NCBI GenBank assembly: GCA_002011475.1
Contig: MTNP01000037.1
Location: 77,246 to 141,245 of the forward strand
Length of the DNA stretch: 64,000 nt
Origin: Dehalococcoides sp. JdFR-54
GTDB taxonomy: Bacteria > Chloroflexota > Dehalococcoidia > JdFR-54
Reading direction: 5' to 3'
Shown here piece after piece: positions 27,175 to 36,487 of the stretch. Under the pieces are notes generated by a model, which was not told the DNA's origin, did no database searches, and saw only the letters and a program-made list of their open reading frames with translations. How positions within the stretch are numbered: the stretch's first letter is position 1; every line of letters starts with the position of its first letter. A program made the position numbers and the translations under genes.

Positions 27175-30100
27175 GGCTACCACTGAGGGCATGAGCGAAC
27201 TGGAAGAGCTTGCCAGGCAGCCCTTTGGCTCCCCTGGCGGCAAGCTGTGGATGGCACCCCGGATAGCCTCCCTGATACCACCACACAGGATATATGTGGA
27301 GCCCTTTGCCGGGGCTGCCGCCGTCTTCTGGGCCAAGGAGCCGTCTGAGGTGGAGGTGCTGGGCGACATCGACCCCGAGGTGATGTTCGCCTATCGCTTC
27401 ATCCAGAGGGCATCCTCCAAGGAGATAGCCCGGCTCAGGCGCTACGAGTGGCGGCACAGGAGGGACCTGTTTGAGGAGTTGAAGGCAGCCAGACCGAAGG
27501 ACGAGGTGGAGCGCTTCCGTCGTTTCCTCTACCTGCGAAAGGCAAGCTACGGCAGCCGGGGCGTCAACTTCATGGAGGCCAAGCGGGAGCGGGCCATCAG
27601 CCTGGACAGCTTTGAGAGGTGGCAGGAGCGGCTCAAGGGGGTGCACCTGCATACTGGCTCCTATGAGCAACTGCTGGACAGGTATGACGGCCAGGATGCC
27701 TTCTTCTACCTTGATCCCCCATACCCTGGCCACTGGCAGGGGGAGGAGCACGGCTTCACCCAGGAGCAGTGGGATGGCCTCATAGAGAGGCTGAAGAGGC
27801 TCAAGGGTAAGTTCATCCTGTCTCTGTTCAAAGACCTGGCGGGGACGCTGCCCTCTGGCTGGCATACCAGGCGCATCAAGACCCACCGCGCCCTGGGGCA
27901 GGACGATGCAGGCAAGGTGCTCTTCCACTACGAGTACCTGGCGGCCAACTTCCCCCTGGGCGGCAAACTGGAAGCAGAAGACGGACAAGTAGAAGACTTG
28001 CGCTGGGGCGCCAACCAGCCCTTCGGCAGCCCCGCTGGCAAGACCTATCTGGCCAGGCGCATCGCCGCCATGCTGCCTCCCCACAAGACCTATGTGGAGC
28101 CCTTCGCTGGTGGGGCCGCTGTCTTCTGGGCCAAGGAGCCGGTGGAGAGGGAGGTGCTCAACGACATCGACCCCGAGATAGCTTTCGCCTACCGCTTCCT
28201 GAAGAAGATGACCCCGGAGCAGTTCGCCCGCCTCAAGCGCTTCGACTGGGAGCGCCGGCCGGACAAGTTCGAGAAGGTCAAACGCTCAAAGCCCAGGGAC
28301 GAGGTGGAGCGGTTCCATAAGTTCTACTACCTCACCCTGGCCAGCTTTGGCCATGCCCGCAACACCTTTGGCTGGGGCAAGGGCGGCAATGTCATCGACA
28401 TAGACAAGCTGGAGCGCTACACCCAGCGGCTCAAGAACGTGGCCATCCACAACGAAGACTTCGAGCCGGTGGTGAGGCGCTACGATTCGCAGGAGACCGT
28501 ATTCTACCTCGATCCCCCTTATCCGGGCAGGGTGTTCCACGGGCCCCAGTTCACCCTGGAGGACCTGGAGCGGCTGATAAAGGTGCTCAAGGGCATCAAG
28601 GGCAGGTTTGTGCTCAGCCTGGGCACGGAGCATGAGAGGTATCTTCCGGAGTCCTGGTTCGTGAAGCGGGTCAAGGTGCAGCGCAACCTGGTGGACCCCA
28701 GGACGGGGAAGCCCATCCCCTCGGGCTTCGAGATACTGGCCGCCAACTTCACTCCCGGCAGGGAAAGCCTGGAGGCGCTGGAAACCGATGAAGAAGGCGA
28801 GGCCGCGCCCGACGAGGCGATGATCGAGCTCCCCGAAATTACAGACTTCATGGTGATACCCGACTTCATCAGCCTGGTGGGGAGCGCCGTCAAGGGAGAG
28901 GCGCCCAAAGACCTGGACATCCTCATCCGCTCGGCAGCCCGGAGCGAGAGCCTGGAGGTGGCTATCGGGAAGCAGCTTGACCCGGAGAAGCGGGGCTACC
29001 TCCACTTCATCTACGAGCCCGCTGGCCCCCACGACGACTACATCCCTCTGTGGGACCTGGTGGCTTTGAGGAAGCCCGGAATCGAGGTTGTAGAGGTGGG
29101 GCTGAGCAGAGCAAAGGGGCTCGTGCCCGGCAAGCCCTTTACTCCATTAAAGACGGCAGGCGGCTACGGGGAGCTGGAGTTCTCGGTGGACGCCGCCGAC
29201 AAGCTCTGGGAGACCTGGGGCCAGGGATACAAAGACGTGGGCCTCATAGTCCAGGAGAAGTTCGACGGCTACCGGCTCACCCTTCATCGCAAAGGCGACA
29301 GGGTCTTCGCCTTCTCCGAGGATGCCAGGCGAGATATTGTGAGCGCCCTTCCTGGCCTTGAGGAAGACCTCAAGGCCCTACCCGATGGCGACTTCATCCT
29401 GGATTCGGAGCTGCTGCTCTATGCCGAGGAAGCGGTGGAGCTTAATAACCCATACAAGCCCGGCGACAAGATAGAGCGCATGGACATGGCTTCCTTTCTG
29501 GGTAAAAGCCCGGCGGCCAGGTTCCGCGCCCTCTGCCAGGTTTTCGATTGCCTCTACCTGAACGGCGAAGACCTGCACCAGAGGCCCCAGACAGAGAGGC
29601 TGGAGGCGCTGCATAAGCTGCTGAGCCCGGTGGACACCCTCCACCTCAAAGAGGTGGAGAGCAGGCTGGTCCGCAGCAGGGAGGAATTCTTGAAAGCAGT
29701 CAAGTGGGCGGCCTCCAGGCCACACAGCGAAGGGGCCATGGTGAAGGTGGCCGACTCGGACTACCCCCTCACTGGACGCTCCAGCACGATAGCCAAGCTC
29801 AAGAACTTCAAGGAGATAAGGGGCAGGGTGGTCAGTAAGCGGAAGACCGAAGCAGGTGCCTACGTCTATGAGATCGCTCTCTCCGACGGCTCGGTCATCG
29901 GCTCCACCTATGCCACCAGGCTGGAGGCGGAGGTGGGCGACATCCTGGAGGTGCGCGCCGCCGAGATTAAGGTAAAGGAGGAGGATGGCAGGAGGGTCTT
30001 CACCTGGGATAACCCCATCGTGGTCAGCATAAAGCCAAAGGGAACGGCCCTCACCACCCCGGAGCAGGCCGAGGCGATGGCCAGGAAGCGCAGGGGCATG

Positions 30101-30934
30101 ACGGCAGAGGAAGAAGGCGAGACCAGAAGTGAAGCAGCGGAGAGGTTCTGGCGGGAGAACTGGCACAAGTCCTTCCCGCCCTCAGGCAAAGGGGAGTTCG
30201 TTTACCATCACCACTGGCGGGGGCTATCGGAGGAGGAGACAAAGCTATCTGAGGATGAGCTTCTCAAGACCGACCACTCGGTGCATGGTGACCTGAGGTT
30301 GCAGTTTTCCGACGAAGCCCTCTTTGGCTTCACCGTTTTCCTGGGCACCACCGATGAGATGGGGGAAGCTGGCGGAGACCGGTTGGCGAACCTGCCGCCT
30401 GACGATAAGCTCCAGGGGGCCTGGAAGCTGCAGCAGCCTATCGCCTGGCTCAAGGTAGGAAGGGAGAAGCCCCTGGTCACCGCGCCTGGTGAGGTGGGAG
30501 CTACCTCGGAGAAGTATTCCAAGTTCTTCGCCGAGGACTGGGGCACCTACGAGATAGGCGTATGGCGGGAGCACTTCTTCGAGCTTTTCCTTCATGGCAG
30601 GAAGCTCAAGGGGCGCTACACCATCCAGTATGCCCCACTGGGTGGCAGGAGGGTATGGCTCATCGGCAAGCCCAAGGACCAGACGCCCTACGCTGAGGCT
30701 CACGAGCTTGAGGACGTCGTTAAAGAGCTGAAGGGCAAAGGACAGAGATACCTGGTGTGGGCCAGGCCGGGCGAGGAGCCCAAACTAATCGAGGTTGGAA
30801 AGGCCGAACAGCTAACCTGTCCCAAATGCGGGGAGACCCTGGACCCGGGAACCACAAGGCTGGCAAAGCTGAGCGATGATTTCCACGATGTGTTCCGCTG
30901 TGCTCATTGTAGGCACATTTTTAGTCCAAGTTGA
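27080..30934 (+). CDS. multidomain fusion: two tandem Dam-like (D12-class) N6-adenine methyltransferase domains + ATP-dependent DNA ligase (KFDGYR) + LigD-like 3'-phosphoesterase domain + C-terminal zinc ribbon
   Basis: FGSPGGKLWMAPRIASLIPPH...FYLDPPYPG (nt ~27220-27760) and FGSPAGKTYLARRIAAMLPPH...FYLDPPYPG (nt ~28020-28540). Ligase motif I LIVQEKFDGYR at ~29245. PE-like HHHWRG...HGDLRL...DWGTYEIG...LFLHGRKLKGRY at 30180-30700. CPKCG...CAHC at the end. Confidence 0.75.
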   Translation: MKEYPRELYERITREWDPEDKAFLETEPEELEATTEGMSELEELARQPFGSPGGKLWMAPRIASLIPPHRIYVEPFAGAAAVFWAKEPSEVEVLGDIDPEVMFAYRFIQRASSKEIARLRRYEWRHRRDLFEELKAARPKDEVERFRRFLYLRKASYGSRGVNFMEAKRERAISLDSFERWQERLKGVHLHTGSYEQLLDRYDGQDAFFYLDPPYPGHWQGEEHGFTQEQWDGLIERLKRLKGKFILSLFKDLAGTLPSGWHTRRIKTHRALGQDDAGKVLFHYEYLAANFPLGGKLEAEDGQVEDLRWGANQPFGSPAGKTYLARRIAAMLPPHKTYVEPFAGGAAVFWAKEPVEREVLNDIDPEIAFAYRFLKKMTPEQFARLKRFDWERRPDKFEKVKRSKPRDEVERFHKFYYLTLASFGHARNTFGWGKGGNVIDIDKLERYTQRLKNVAIHNEDFEPVVRRYDSQETVFYLDPPYPGRVFHGPQFTLEDLERLIKVLKGIKGRFVLSLGTEHERYLPESWFVKRVKVQRNLVDPRTGKPIPSGFEILAANFTPGRESLEALETDEEGEAAPDEAMIELPEITDFMVIPDFISLVGSAVKGEAPKDLDILIRSAARSESLEVAIGKQLDPEKRGYLHFIYEPAGPHDDYIPLWDLVALRKPGIEVVEVGLSRAKGLVPGKPFTPLKTAGGYGELEFSVDAADKLWETWGQGYKDVGLIVQEKFDGYRLTLHRKGDRVFAFSEDARRDIVSALPGLEEDLKALPDGDFILDSELLLYAEEAVELNNPYKPGDKIERMDMASFLGKSPAARFRALCQVFDCLYLNGEDLHQRPQTERLEALHKLLSPVDTLHLKEVESRLVRSREEFLKAVKWAASRPHSEGAMVKVADSDYPLTGRSSTIAKLKNFKEIRGRVVSKRKTEAGAYVYEIALSDGSVIGSTYATRLEAEVGDILEVRAAEIKVKEEDGRRVFTWDNPIVVSIKPKGTALTTPEQAEAMARKRRGMTAEEEGETRSEAAERFWRENWHKSFPPSGKGEFVYHHHWRGLSEEETKLSEDELLKTDHSVHGDLRLQFSDEALFGFTVFLGTTDEMGEAGGDRLANLPPDDKLQGAWKLQQPIAWLKVGREKPLVTAPGEVGATSEKYSKFFAEDWGTYEIGVWREHFFELFLHGRKLKGRYTIQYAPLGGRRVWLIGKPKDQTPYAEAHELEDVVKELKGKGQRYLVWARPGEEPKLIEVGKAEQLTCPKCGETLDPGTTRLAKLSDDFHDVFRCAHCRHIFSPS

Positions 30935-31042
30935 TAGAGGTGCTTCACTGCGCAAGCGCCATCCTGTTTTTTGTGCACTCTAGTAGAAAGACCTATGTCC
31001 AGTGAGCAACCACCAAGACAGAGTCAGCTACTTAAAAGGCTA

Positions 31043-33529
31043 CTACGATACTGACACTGACGCTTTCCAAATGCTTGTTGGAATTGTTACCCTTTCTTTC
31101 TTACCTACTGCAGCAGGATCCTTCACTAAATAGATATTGGGGTTCTCTGGTATTTCAGACACCACACAGAGGTAGAAGGAGTTCCTGTATTTGTCCGCCG
31201 TCTCTGTCTCGTTGCGATCTAGCTCAACATCTCGATCGTGGCTTAGTCCCTTGACTTCTATACGCATAGTTTCACCGCTGTGAGTCTCCGCTTCTATATC
31301 GTAACCGAAGTTCCTTTTATCCACTGGTTTGACGTTTCTATAGGCCGCTTTTAGTTTTTCTATAGCATAATTCATGGCAAATTCTTCCACGCCATTATCA
31401 GGGTCATCCTTGATTCCTCCGTTTTTGAGGAATTGCCGCCATGCTCTTAACTGGTCGTCATTCGTAACGCCAGTAAGATAGTCCACGCTCAGAAAATTGA
31501 GGCCAGATACATATTGCTGACGAGTTTCCCAGTCTCTCTCAGGTTTGAACTCCTTGGGGAAAAACACTTCTCTCGCTGCTCGCACCTCGCCTTGCTTTGT
31601 AAGAACCCAGAATTCCAAGCCTCTCCCGACTTCCTCTCCAAGGATTCGCTGGCATTGAATGGTATATAGTAGCAGGTCGCGTGGCGTAGGTTTGGGTGCA
31701 GTGGTTAAAATCCTGGGTAACAAAGCCTCTTTACAGACTGTGTTCGCGTCTAAGACCGGCACACCGGTCAATCCTGTGAGGAAGCCTCTAATATTTTTCC
31801 GTTCTTCTTCGCTCTTGGCTCTCCCCAGAATATCCGGGTGTAATATTGACCTAGACTTTTGCAGGGTTTCGGTTACATCCTTCAGAATGGGATCAGAGGG
31901 CTGGAAGTCGGGGAGCCATACATTCCTGCCTTCAAGAAGCTCTCCCTCTGCTGTCAACACGATCCTTGAGCTCCAGTAACCCTCCTGGTACCAATAGCCT
32001 TTTCTGCTATAGCTGCCACGCGGGTGCGTCTGGAGCCATAAATATAAGCTCCTGAACCACTCAGCCGCAGCAGAGCTTTTACATTTTTCCTCGAGGAATG
32101 CTTCGTTACTCAGTAGCCCCAGCCGATCTACTTTCTTGAAAGGTGACGAATCTGGTTCTACTACATCGGGAGCTATCACCTCCAAATCAGGTTGCCCACC
32201 CATAGCTGCCGCTATTTGGTCTTTGCTCAAGATACCCATACGTACAAGGTCATCAATGGCTTTCTGATCCTCGTTAACTTTTACTGCTTGTTTAGGCTTC
32301 GTCCAGCCTCCCTCTGCGGTGGGCACACACGTATCTTCTTCCAGATAGGTTTCTACTGGCTCAATCAGTTTAGGCCCGAATAGCTTGTCATGGGCTTCAA
32401 GGCCCTTCGACTTTGTGAACTCAAAGGCAGGCAGAAACTGGTACTTCCATGTCTTGTGATTCTTAAAACAGTTTATGGCCTCCTTGCATAGGTCAGCCAC
32501 CTGCTCTACTAGCCAGTGATTCCATTTCGCTTCATAGTTGATGGCCTCTCGTCCTGGCTGAACAAGAAAATCAGCTTGTATCGGAAACTTAGCGCCACTT
32601 CTTGCCTCACCCAACGGCAAAAAGGAGTATACGCCTCCATACATTGCCCCAGCCTGTAAAGGAGCGAGATTGCCTTCATTGTCAAGTGCAAAAGCTATGG
32701 CTATTTCTCTGCGAGTTACATTGGCTCTATATTCCTGTGTAAGCCTGTCTGCCTTCACCCAATCCGGCACTGAGCAAACTCGCCGGAAGAACCTGAACCT
32801 TTGCTCCTGCCCATTATGCCTGAGAGTTGTGATACCGTCCTCGCTTTCTCCGATGTTCTCCAGAGTCCAGGTTCGTCCGTATACCTCATCTACAATCTCT
32901 ATTCGCTTTAACCAGCGAAGGAATAGATATAGCTCGGTGCTCAGCCTTGTTACTTCCTGAAGCAGGGCTGAATAATAGGTCTCCTCCCTAAAAGGGATGA
33001 TGAACGTTGTCCTCTCGTGTTCGACGGCTTCCGAGGGTTGGTCAATCCAGATGGGTAAGACGTGCCATGGTGTGCGACTGGGGTCCTCCCACTCTTTATG
33101 GTTTCTGTCGAATTTGAATTGGAAGCCACCAGAATATACCTCAGGGCAATCAGTGACTTTAAAAACGGATTTGAATCCTATGCCCAGATATCCCAATGTG
33201 CCTTTTTCCGGCTTCTTTGATGACCTGATGCCACAGAGCGCCTTTACATCGTCTTGGTTAAAGGGACGGCCATTATGTATCACCTTTGCTCTATGCTGGT
33301 TAATTCTTACTTCGAACACACCGAGAGTCTCTAAACCCAAACCAGCATCCTCGGCATTCTGAAGTAGCTCAAGGACAAACCCAGAACTTCTCGTAAATAT
33401 GACTTGGGCGATCAATTTTAGAGCGTTAATATAATCGTCCCATATCCTTGTCCCTTTAGATGCTTTAATCTCCTCCTGGATAGTGTCTATAATTCTCTTT
33501 GCCTCGCGAGGATTCAAACCTACCGCCAT
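31043..33529 (-). CDS. GHKL-type (sacsin/MORC-like) ATPase with a C-terminal DUF3883/PD-(D/E)xK-like domain; low-GC moron
   Basis: N-terminal VLELLQNAEDAG (HATPase_c motif). C-terminal ...YDIEAETHSGETMRIEVKGL (D...E.K). Opposite strand to the flanking phage genes. AT-rich. Confidence 0.55.
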   Translation of the reverse strand: MAVGLNPREAKRIIDTIQEEIKASKGTRIWDDYINALKLIAQVIFTRSSGFVLELLQNAEDAGLGLETLGVFEVRINQHRAKVIHNGRPFNQDDVKALCGIRSSKKPEKGTLGYLGIGFKSVFKVTDCPEVYSGGFQFKFDRNHKEWEDPSRTPWHVLPIWIDQPSEAVEHERTTFIIPFREETYYSALLQEVTRLSTELYLFLRWLKRIEIVDEVYGRTWTLENIGESEDGITTLRHNGQEQRFRFFRRVCSVPDWVKADRLTQEYRANVTRREIAIAFALDNEGNLAPLQAGAMYGGVYSFLPLGEARSGAKFPIQADFLVQPGREAINYEAKWNHWLVEQVADLCKEAINCFKNHKTWKYQFLPAFEFTKSKGLEAHDKLFGPKLIEPVETYLEEDTCVPTAEGGWTKPKQAVKVNEDQKAIDDLVRMGILSKDQIAAAMGGQPDLEVIAPDVVEPDSSPFKKVDRLGLLSNEAFLEEKCKSSAAAEWFRSLYLWLQTHPRGSYSRKGYWYQEGYWSSRIVLTAEGELLEGRNVWLPDFQPSDPILKDVTETLQKSRSILHPDILGRAKSEEERKNIRGFLTGLTGVPVLDANTVCKEALLPRILTTAPKPTPRDLLLYTIQCQRILGEEVGRGLEFWVLTKQGEVRAAREVFFPKEFKPERDWETRQQYVSGLNFLSVDYLTGVTNDDQLRAWRQFLKNGGIKDDPDNGVEEFAMNYAIEKLKAAYRNVKPVDKRNFGYDIEAETHSGETMRIEVKGLSHDRDVELDRNETETADKYRNSFYLCVVSEIPENPNIYLVKDPAAVGKKERVTIPTSIWKASVSVS

Positions 33530-33549
33530 CGTTCCCCTCGTTCTGGATT

Positions 33550-33864
33550 CTAAAGGTACCCGAGTTCACGTAAAGCTCGAGCCACGCCATCCATGTCGGG
33601 CATTACCCAGTAAGCTCTCCTGCCACCCCTTACCGTTTCTCCTTCCTTCCTCAAAATTCCATATTTCTCAAGCATTCTCAAGCCAGGAAACCATCCGATC
33701 CTGTCCACAACCCAAGCACCAGCAAAGCTTCTACCTTCAAGCCTCTTAGCTTCGTCATAGCAACCTCTTACCACTTTAAGCCAGTCTACGTCAAAAACAG
33801 GGGGACCACCCTTTGCTTTGAAGGGGTGGTCTTGTGCTAATTTCATTACGCCCTGATAGCTCAT
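33550..33864 (-). CDS. hypothetical protein, co-directional with and upstream of the GHKL protein
   Basis: 104-aa ORF, 20-nt gap to the GHKL gene. Confidence 0.4.
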   Translation of the reverse strand: MSYQGVMKLAQDHPFKAKGGPPVFDVDWLKVVRGCYDEAKRLEGRSFAGAWVVDRIGWFPGLRMLEKYGILRKEGETVRGGRRAYWVMPDMDGVARALRELGYL

Positions 33865-34050
33865 GTTTGCCTTTAGACAGTGAGATTTGCTTCTGTCAGT
33901 GTAAGCAGCAAGAGCCTGTCCCAGTTCCTATGTCACTTCAGCCAGGTGCCACGTAACCAAGGGGTCGTGCGAGTCTATCTTTCTGACATCCTGGCTCGGT
34001 CAAGGCCATGAGCGCCTGAGTCGCCGCAGAGCCCCTGACGAATTCGACCT

Positions 34051-34308
34051 TTATACCGCCACATACTCACGGATGTCCACCTGGACGCCAGCGCGGGCAG
34101 CTTCTTCTGCGGTCTGAAGGAGCCGCTCCGTGATTTCCTCCTCTACATACTCCTCCCCGCAGTTCGGGCAGACCCTCGCTGGCACACCCTTAATCACCAG
34201 GGTGGCGCCATCCCGCTCCAGGGTCACTGTAGCCTTGCCGGGACGGGTCTCCGCTTGCCTACAAATAACGCACTTCATTGTCTCCTCCTTCTGAACCCGG
34301 GCTCCCAT
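34051..34308 (-). CDS. YgiT/MqsA-type zinc-finger antitoxin
   Basis: MKCVICRQAETRPGKATVTLERDGATLVIKGVPARVCPNCGEEY matches the YgiT zinc-ribbon pattern. Overlaps the upstream toxin gene. Confidence 0.55.
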   Translation of the reverse strand: MGARVQKEETMKCVICRQAETRPGKATVTLERDGATLVIKGVPARVCPNCGEEYVEEEITERLLQTAEEAARAGVQVDIREYVAV

Positions 34309-34559
34309 TGGGTCAGGTCAGGTTCATATACAGTGATTACAATAGTTTCCTGACCCTCCATGTTCTCCGCAGCTACCACATGGATAGGGCGTGATCCACG
34401 CCATCCGAGCACCAAGTGGCTCGGATAGGGAGTGTCGTTGGGATAATCCTCAATCACCTCTCCTGTCGATAGCACGTGGCGGACATCATCCACACTGATT
34501 CGGCGCTGAAACATACGCTGGATGGCGTGTACACGGAAAACCAGTCGGTCAAAGGTCAC
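34275..34559 (-). CDS. DUF4258-family toxin
   Basis: HAIQRMFQRRISVDDVRHVLSTGEVIEDYPNDTPYPSHLVLGWRGSRPIHVVAA...IVITVYEPD matches DUF4258. It is the toxin-first partner of the zinc-finger antitoxin. Confidence 0.55.
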   Translation of the reverse strand: MTFDRLVFRVHAIQRMFQRRISVDDVRHVLSTGEVIEDYPNDTPYPSHLVLGWRGSRPIHVVAAENMEGQETIVITVYEPDLTQWEPGFRRRRQ

Positions 34560-34809
34560 ACCCTTGCTCCCCCGAGGAGGTCGATCCGGCGATCACCGGC
34601 AAGGGATGGCCCAGTTTGAAGCCGACCAGAATCCAGTCTTCCAGGGTAGAGCGCAGTTCATCCTGGCACTCCCGCAGGGTGGTGCCGAAAGCCACCACGT
34701 CCTTGCACTGAGGAATTCGCCCTGAAAAGGTGCTGTCCACCAGCTTATCGTAGACTGCCTGGGACGAAGCCTGCTCTACATAGTCGGTAAGGACCAATTT
34801 CACACCCAT
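34549..34809 (-). CDS. HicB-like (UPF0150) antitoxin-fold protein; no HicA partner recognised
   Basis: ...IPQCKDVVAFGTTLRECQDELRSTLEDWIL resembles the HicB N-terminal domain. Confidence 0.35.
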   Translation of the reverse strand: MGVKLVLTDYVEQASSQAVYDKLVDSTFSGRIPQCKDVVAFGTTLRECQDELRSTLEDWILVGFKLGHPLPVIAGSTSSGEQGCDL

Positions 34810-34912
34810 AACACGCCCTTGCTTTCCGCCAGCTTAGATTATACCACGAAAGCAGGGAGGGCCCAATTGCTCCCCCTGCCCCAGATAACGCACCAGGCTG
34901 TCTATTCGGCTA

Positions 34913-35401
34913 TCATGCTCCCGCCGCCGCGGGCACGCAGTCGGGATGATAGTAGCCGTTGGCCCTCTTGACCACCAGGGTGCCTCGGGTCATGCGCCCC
35001 TGGCACCCCTTGCAGGTGACCACGGCAGCCACCAGCTTCTGTGGCTCATCATTGGTAGTCGCTGACGCTTGAGCTACCAGTGCCTCCTCTGTGGCTGGCG
35101 TCTCATCCGCCTCAATCGCCTCGCTGGATTCAGCTTCCGTCTCTGTGACCTCGGCCAGCGCCTCGGAGGGTTGGGCCTGGCCAACGGTCACCTCACCCCG
35201 CAGCTCGGCCTCCACCTGGCGGCAGTCCTGAGCGTCCTCCTCGCTGCCCCCGCCGAAGGCCCTGACAATTCCCTTCAGCGTAAGCTCAGGCCAGCTTCGG
35301 GCATGCCGCCTCTTGAGCCGTTCCAGCGCCTGGAAGGTCGGCTCGCTCACCCGGAAGGCGATGACCTTCTCCGCTACTGTCTGCTTTCTTTCCCTTGCCA
35401 T
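34913..35401 (-). CDS. hypothetical protein with a C-terminal Cys cluster
   Basis: Start chosen at the internal ATG preceded by AAGGAGGT 7 nt upstream. 162 aa. Confidence 0.45.
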   Translation of the reverse strand: MARERKQTVAEKVIAFRVSEPTFQALERLKRRHARSWPELTLKGIVRAFGGGSEEDAQDCRQVEAELRGEVTVGQAQPSEALAEVTETEAESSEAIEADETPATEEALVAQASATTNDEPQKLVAAVVTCKGCQGRMTRGTLVVKRANGYYHPDCVPAAAGA

Positions 35402-35406
35402 TGCGT

Positions 35407-35664
35407 TTACCTCCTTCGAGATTTGATTTGGGCTTCGCTGCCCTCTGTCTCTTGCTTCTTTTGCCACCAGGCTTCTACGGAGAGGATGTCGGTGAGGATA
35501 TGGATGTCGCCGCAGTCCACCGTCACAGCGGGGAAGCCGCTTCGGTGCTCCTTCATCTCGACCCTCTCCCCTGCCTTGTAGCGGCGGTGGATCTCCTCGT
35601 AGACCTGGATTTTCTCGGCATCCGGCTTCAGCCTGATGTCCTGCCGCTCTATGCGCTTTGCCAT
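35407..35664 (-). CDS. hypothetical small protein (first gene after conserved leftward promoter motif A)
   Basis: Start at MAKRIERQ, preceded by GAGGAGGTG. 85 aa. Confidence 0.45.
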   Translation of the reverse strand: MAKRIERQDIRLKPDAEKIQVYEEIHRRYKAGERVEMKEHRSGFPAVTVDCGDIHILTDILSVEAWWQKKQETEGSEAQIKSRRR

Positions 35665-35683
35665 CGCTTCACCTCCTCGTTTA

Positions 35684-35724
35684 GCTTCACACACATCCAT
35701 CACTCAGCTTCGCCAGGAAGTCAA
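35684..35724 (-). promoter_or_regulatory. conserved leftward promoter-like motif, copy A (gcttcacacacatccatcactc + ggaagtcaa)
   Basis: 22-nt block identical to 37996-38017. On the minus strand it reads TTGACTTCC...GAGTGATGGATGTGTG. Confidence 0.45.
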
Positions 35725-36487
35725 TAGCCTTCGAGGAGACTTGGTGAGGTCTCCGCTCGGCTAGCTCAAACCCTGCCAGCCCTTTGAGGCAGTTGTCCCT
35801 GGTGGCCTGGTAGCCGCAGCAGGGCTTGAGCGCCCTTACCTCAACATCCTCGCCCAGGACCGACCTGAGCAGGTCGGCCTGGGAGCCGAACCAGAGGGCG
35901 CCCCGCTCCATGTCCTTCGCCACCACCAGGGGCCGGTGGTTACGGCAGAGCCAGATGGCGGGCAGGCGCAGGTCGGCGAAGGCTATGGCGTAATCCCCCC
36001 TGAGCCTGGCCAGGGCTTTCCTGATCCCCCTGGGTCGCACCCTGCCGTTGCTATGGCGGCGCAGCAGCCGGAAGATCACCTCCGAGTCCACCTCCGCCGT
36101 AGCCCCCACCTCTGCTCTAAGCTGCCGATAGTTGTAGATGACGCCGTTGTGGACGCCGAGGATGGGCCCGGCCAGCAGGGGATGGTTGTTGCGGTTGTCG
36201 GCGGGGTCGCCATGAGTCGCCCACCGGGTGTGGCCCACCACGCCGACGGTGTCGTTGTCCACGGCGTCCAGCAGCTGCCAGAATTGGGGCTGCGCCACCA
36301 GCCTGGAGGCGGGGCCAGGCTGCTTGAGGTATTTCGCCACGCCTTGCTTGAGCACGAAGGCCCCCGCTGCATCCCTGCCCCTGATCTCGGTGGCTGCCAG
36401 CAGGGTGGCGAAGTCCTCCCGGATGCCCTCCAGCTCCTGCTCGCTCCTGTTTCGCCTGTCAAGAACGAATCCTGCTATTCCGCACAT
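35687..36487 (-). CDS. class-II (Ntn) glutamine amidotransferase domain protein
   Basis: Begins MCGIAGF (Cys2 nucleophile). ...GHTRWATHG..., NHPL. Start set at the ATG giving MCGIAG. Confidence 0.6.
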   Translation of the reverse strand: MCGIAGFVLDRRNRSEQELEGIREDFATLLAATEIRGRDAAGAFVLKQGVAKYLKQPGPASRLVAQPQFWQLLDAVDNDTVGVVGHTRWATHGDPADNRNNHPLLAGPILGVHNGVIYNYRQLRAEVGATAEVDSEVIFRLLRRHSNGRVRPRGIRKALARLRGDYAIAFADLRLPAIWLCRNHRPLVVAKDMERGALWFGSQADLLRSVLGEDVEVRALKPCCGYQATRDNCLKGLAGFELAERRPHQVSSKAIDFLAKLSDGCV

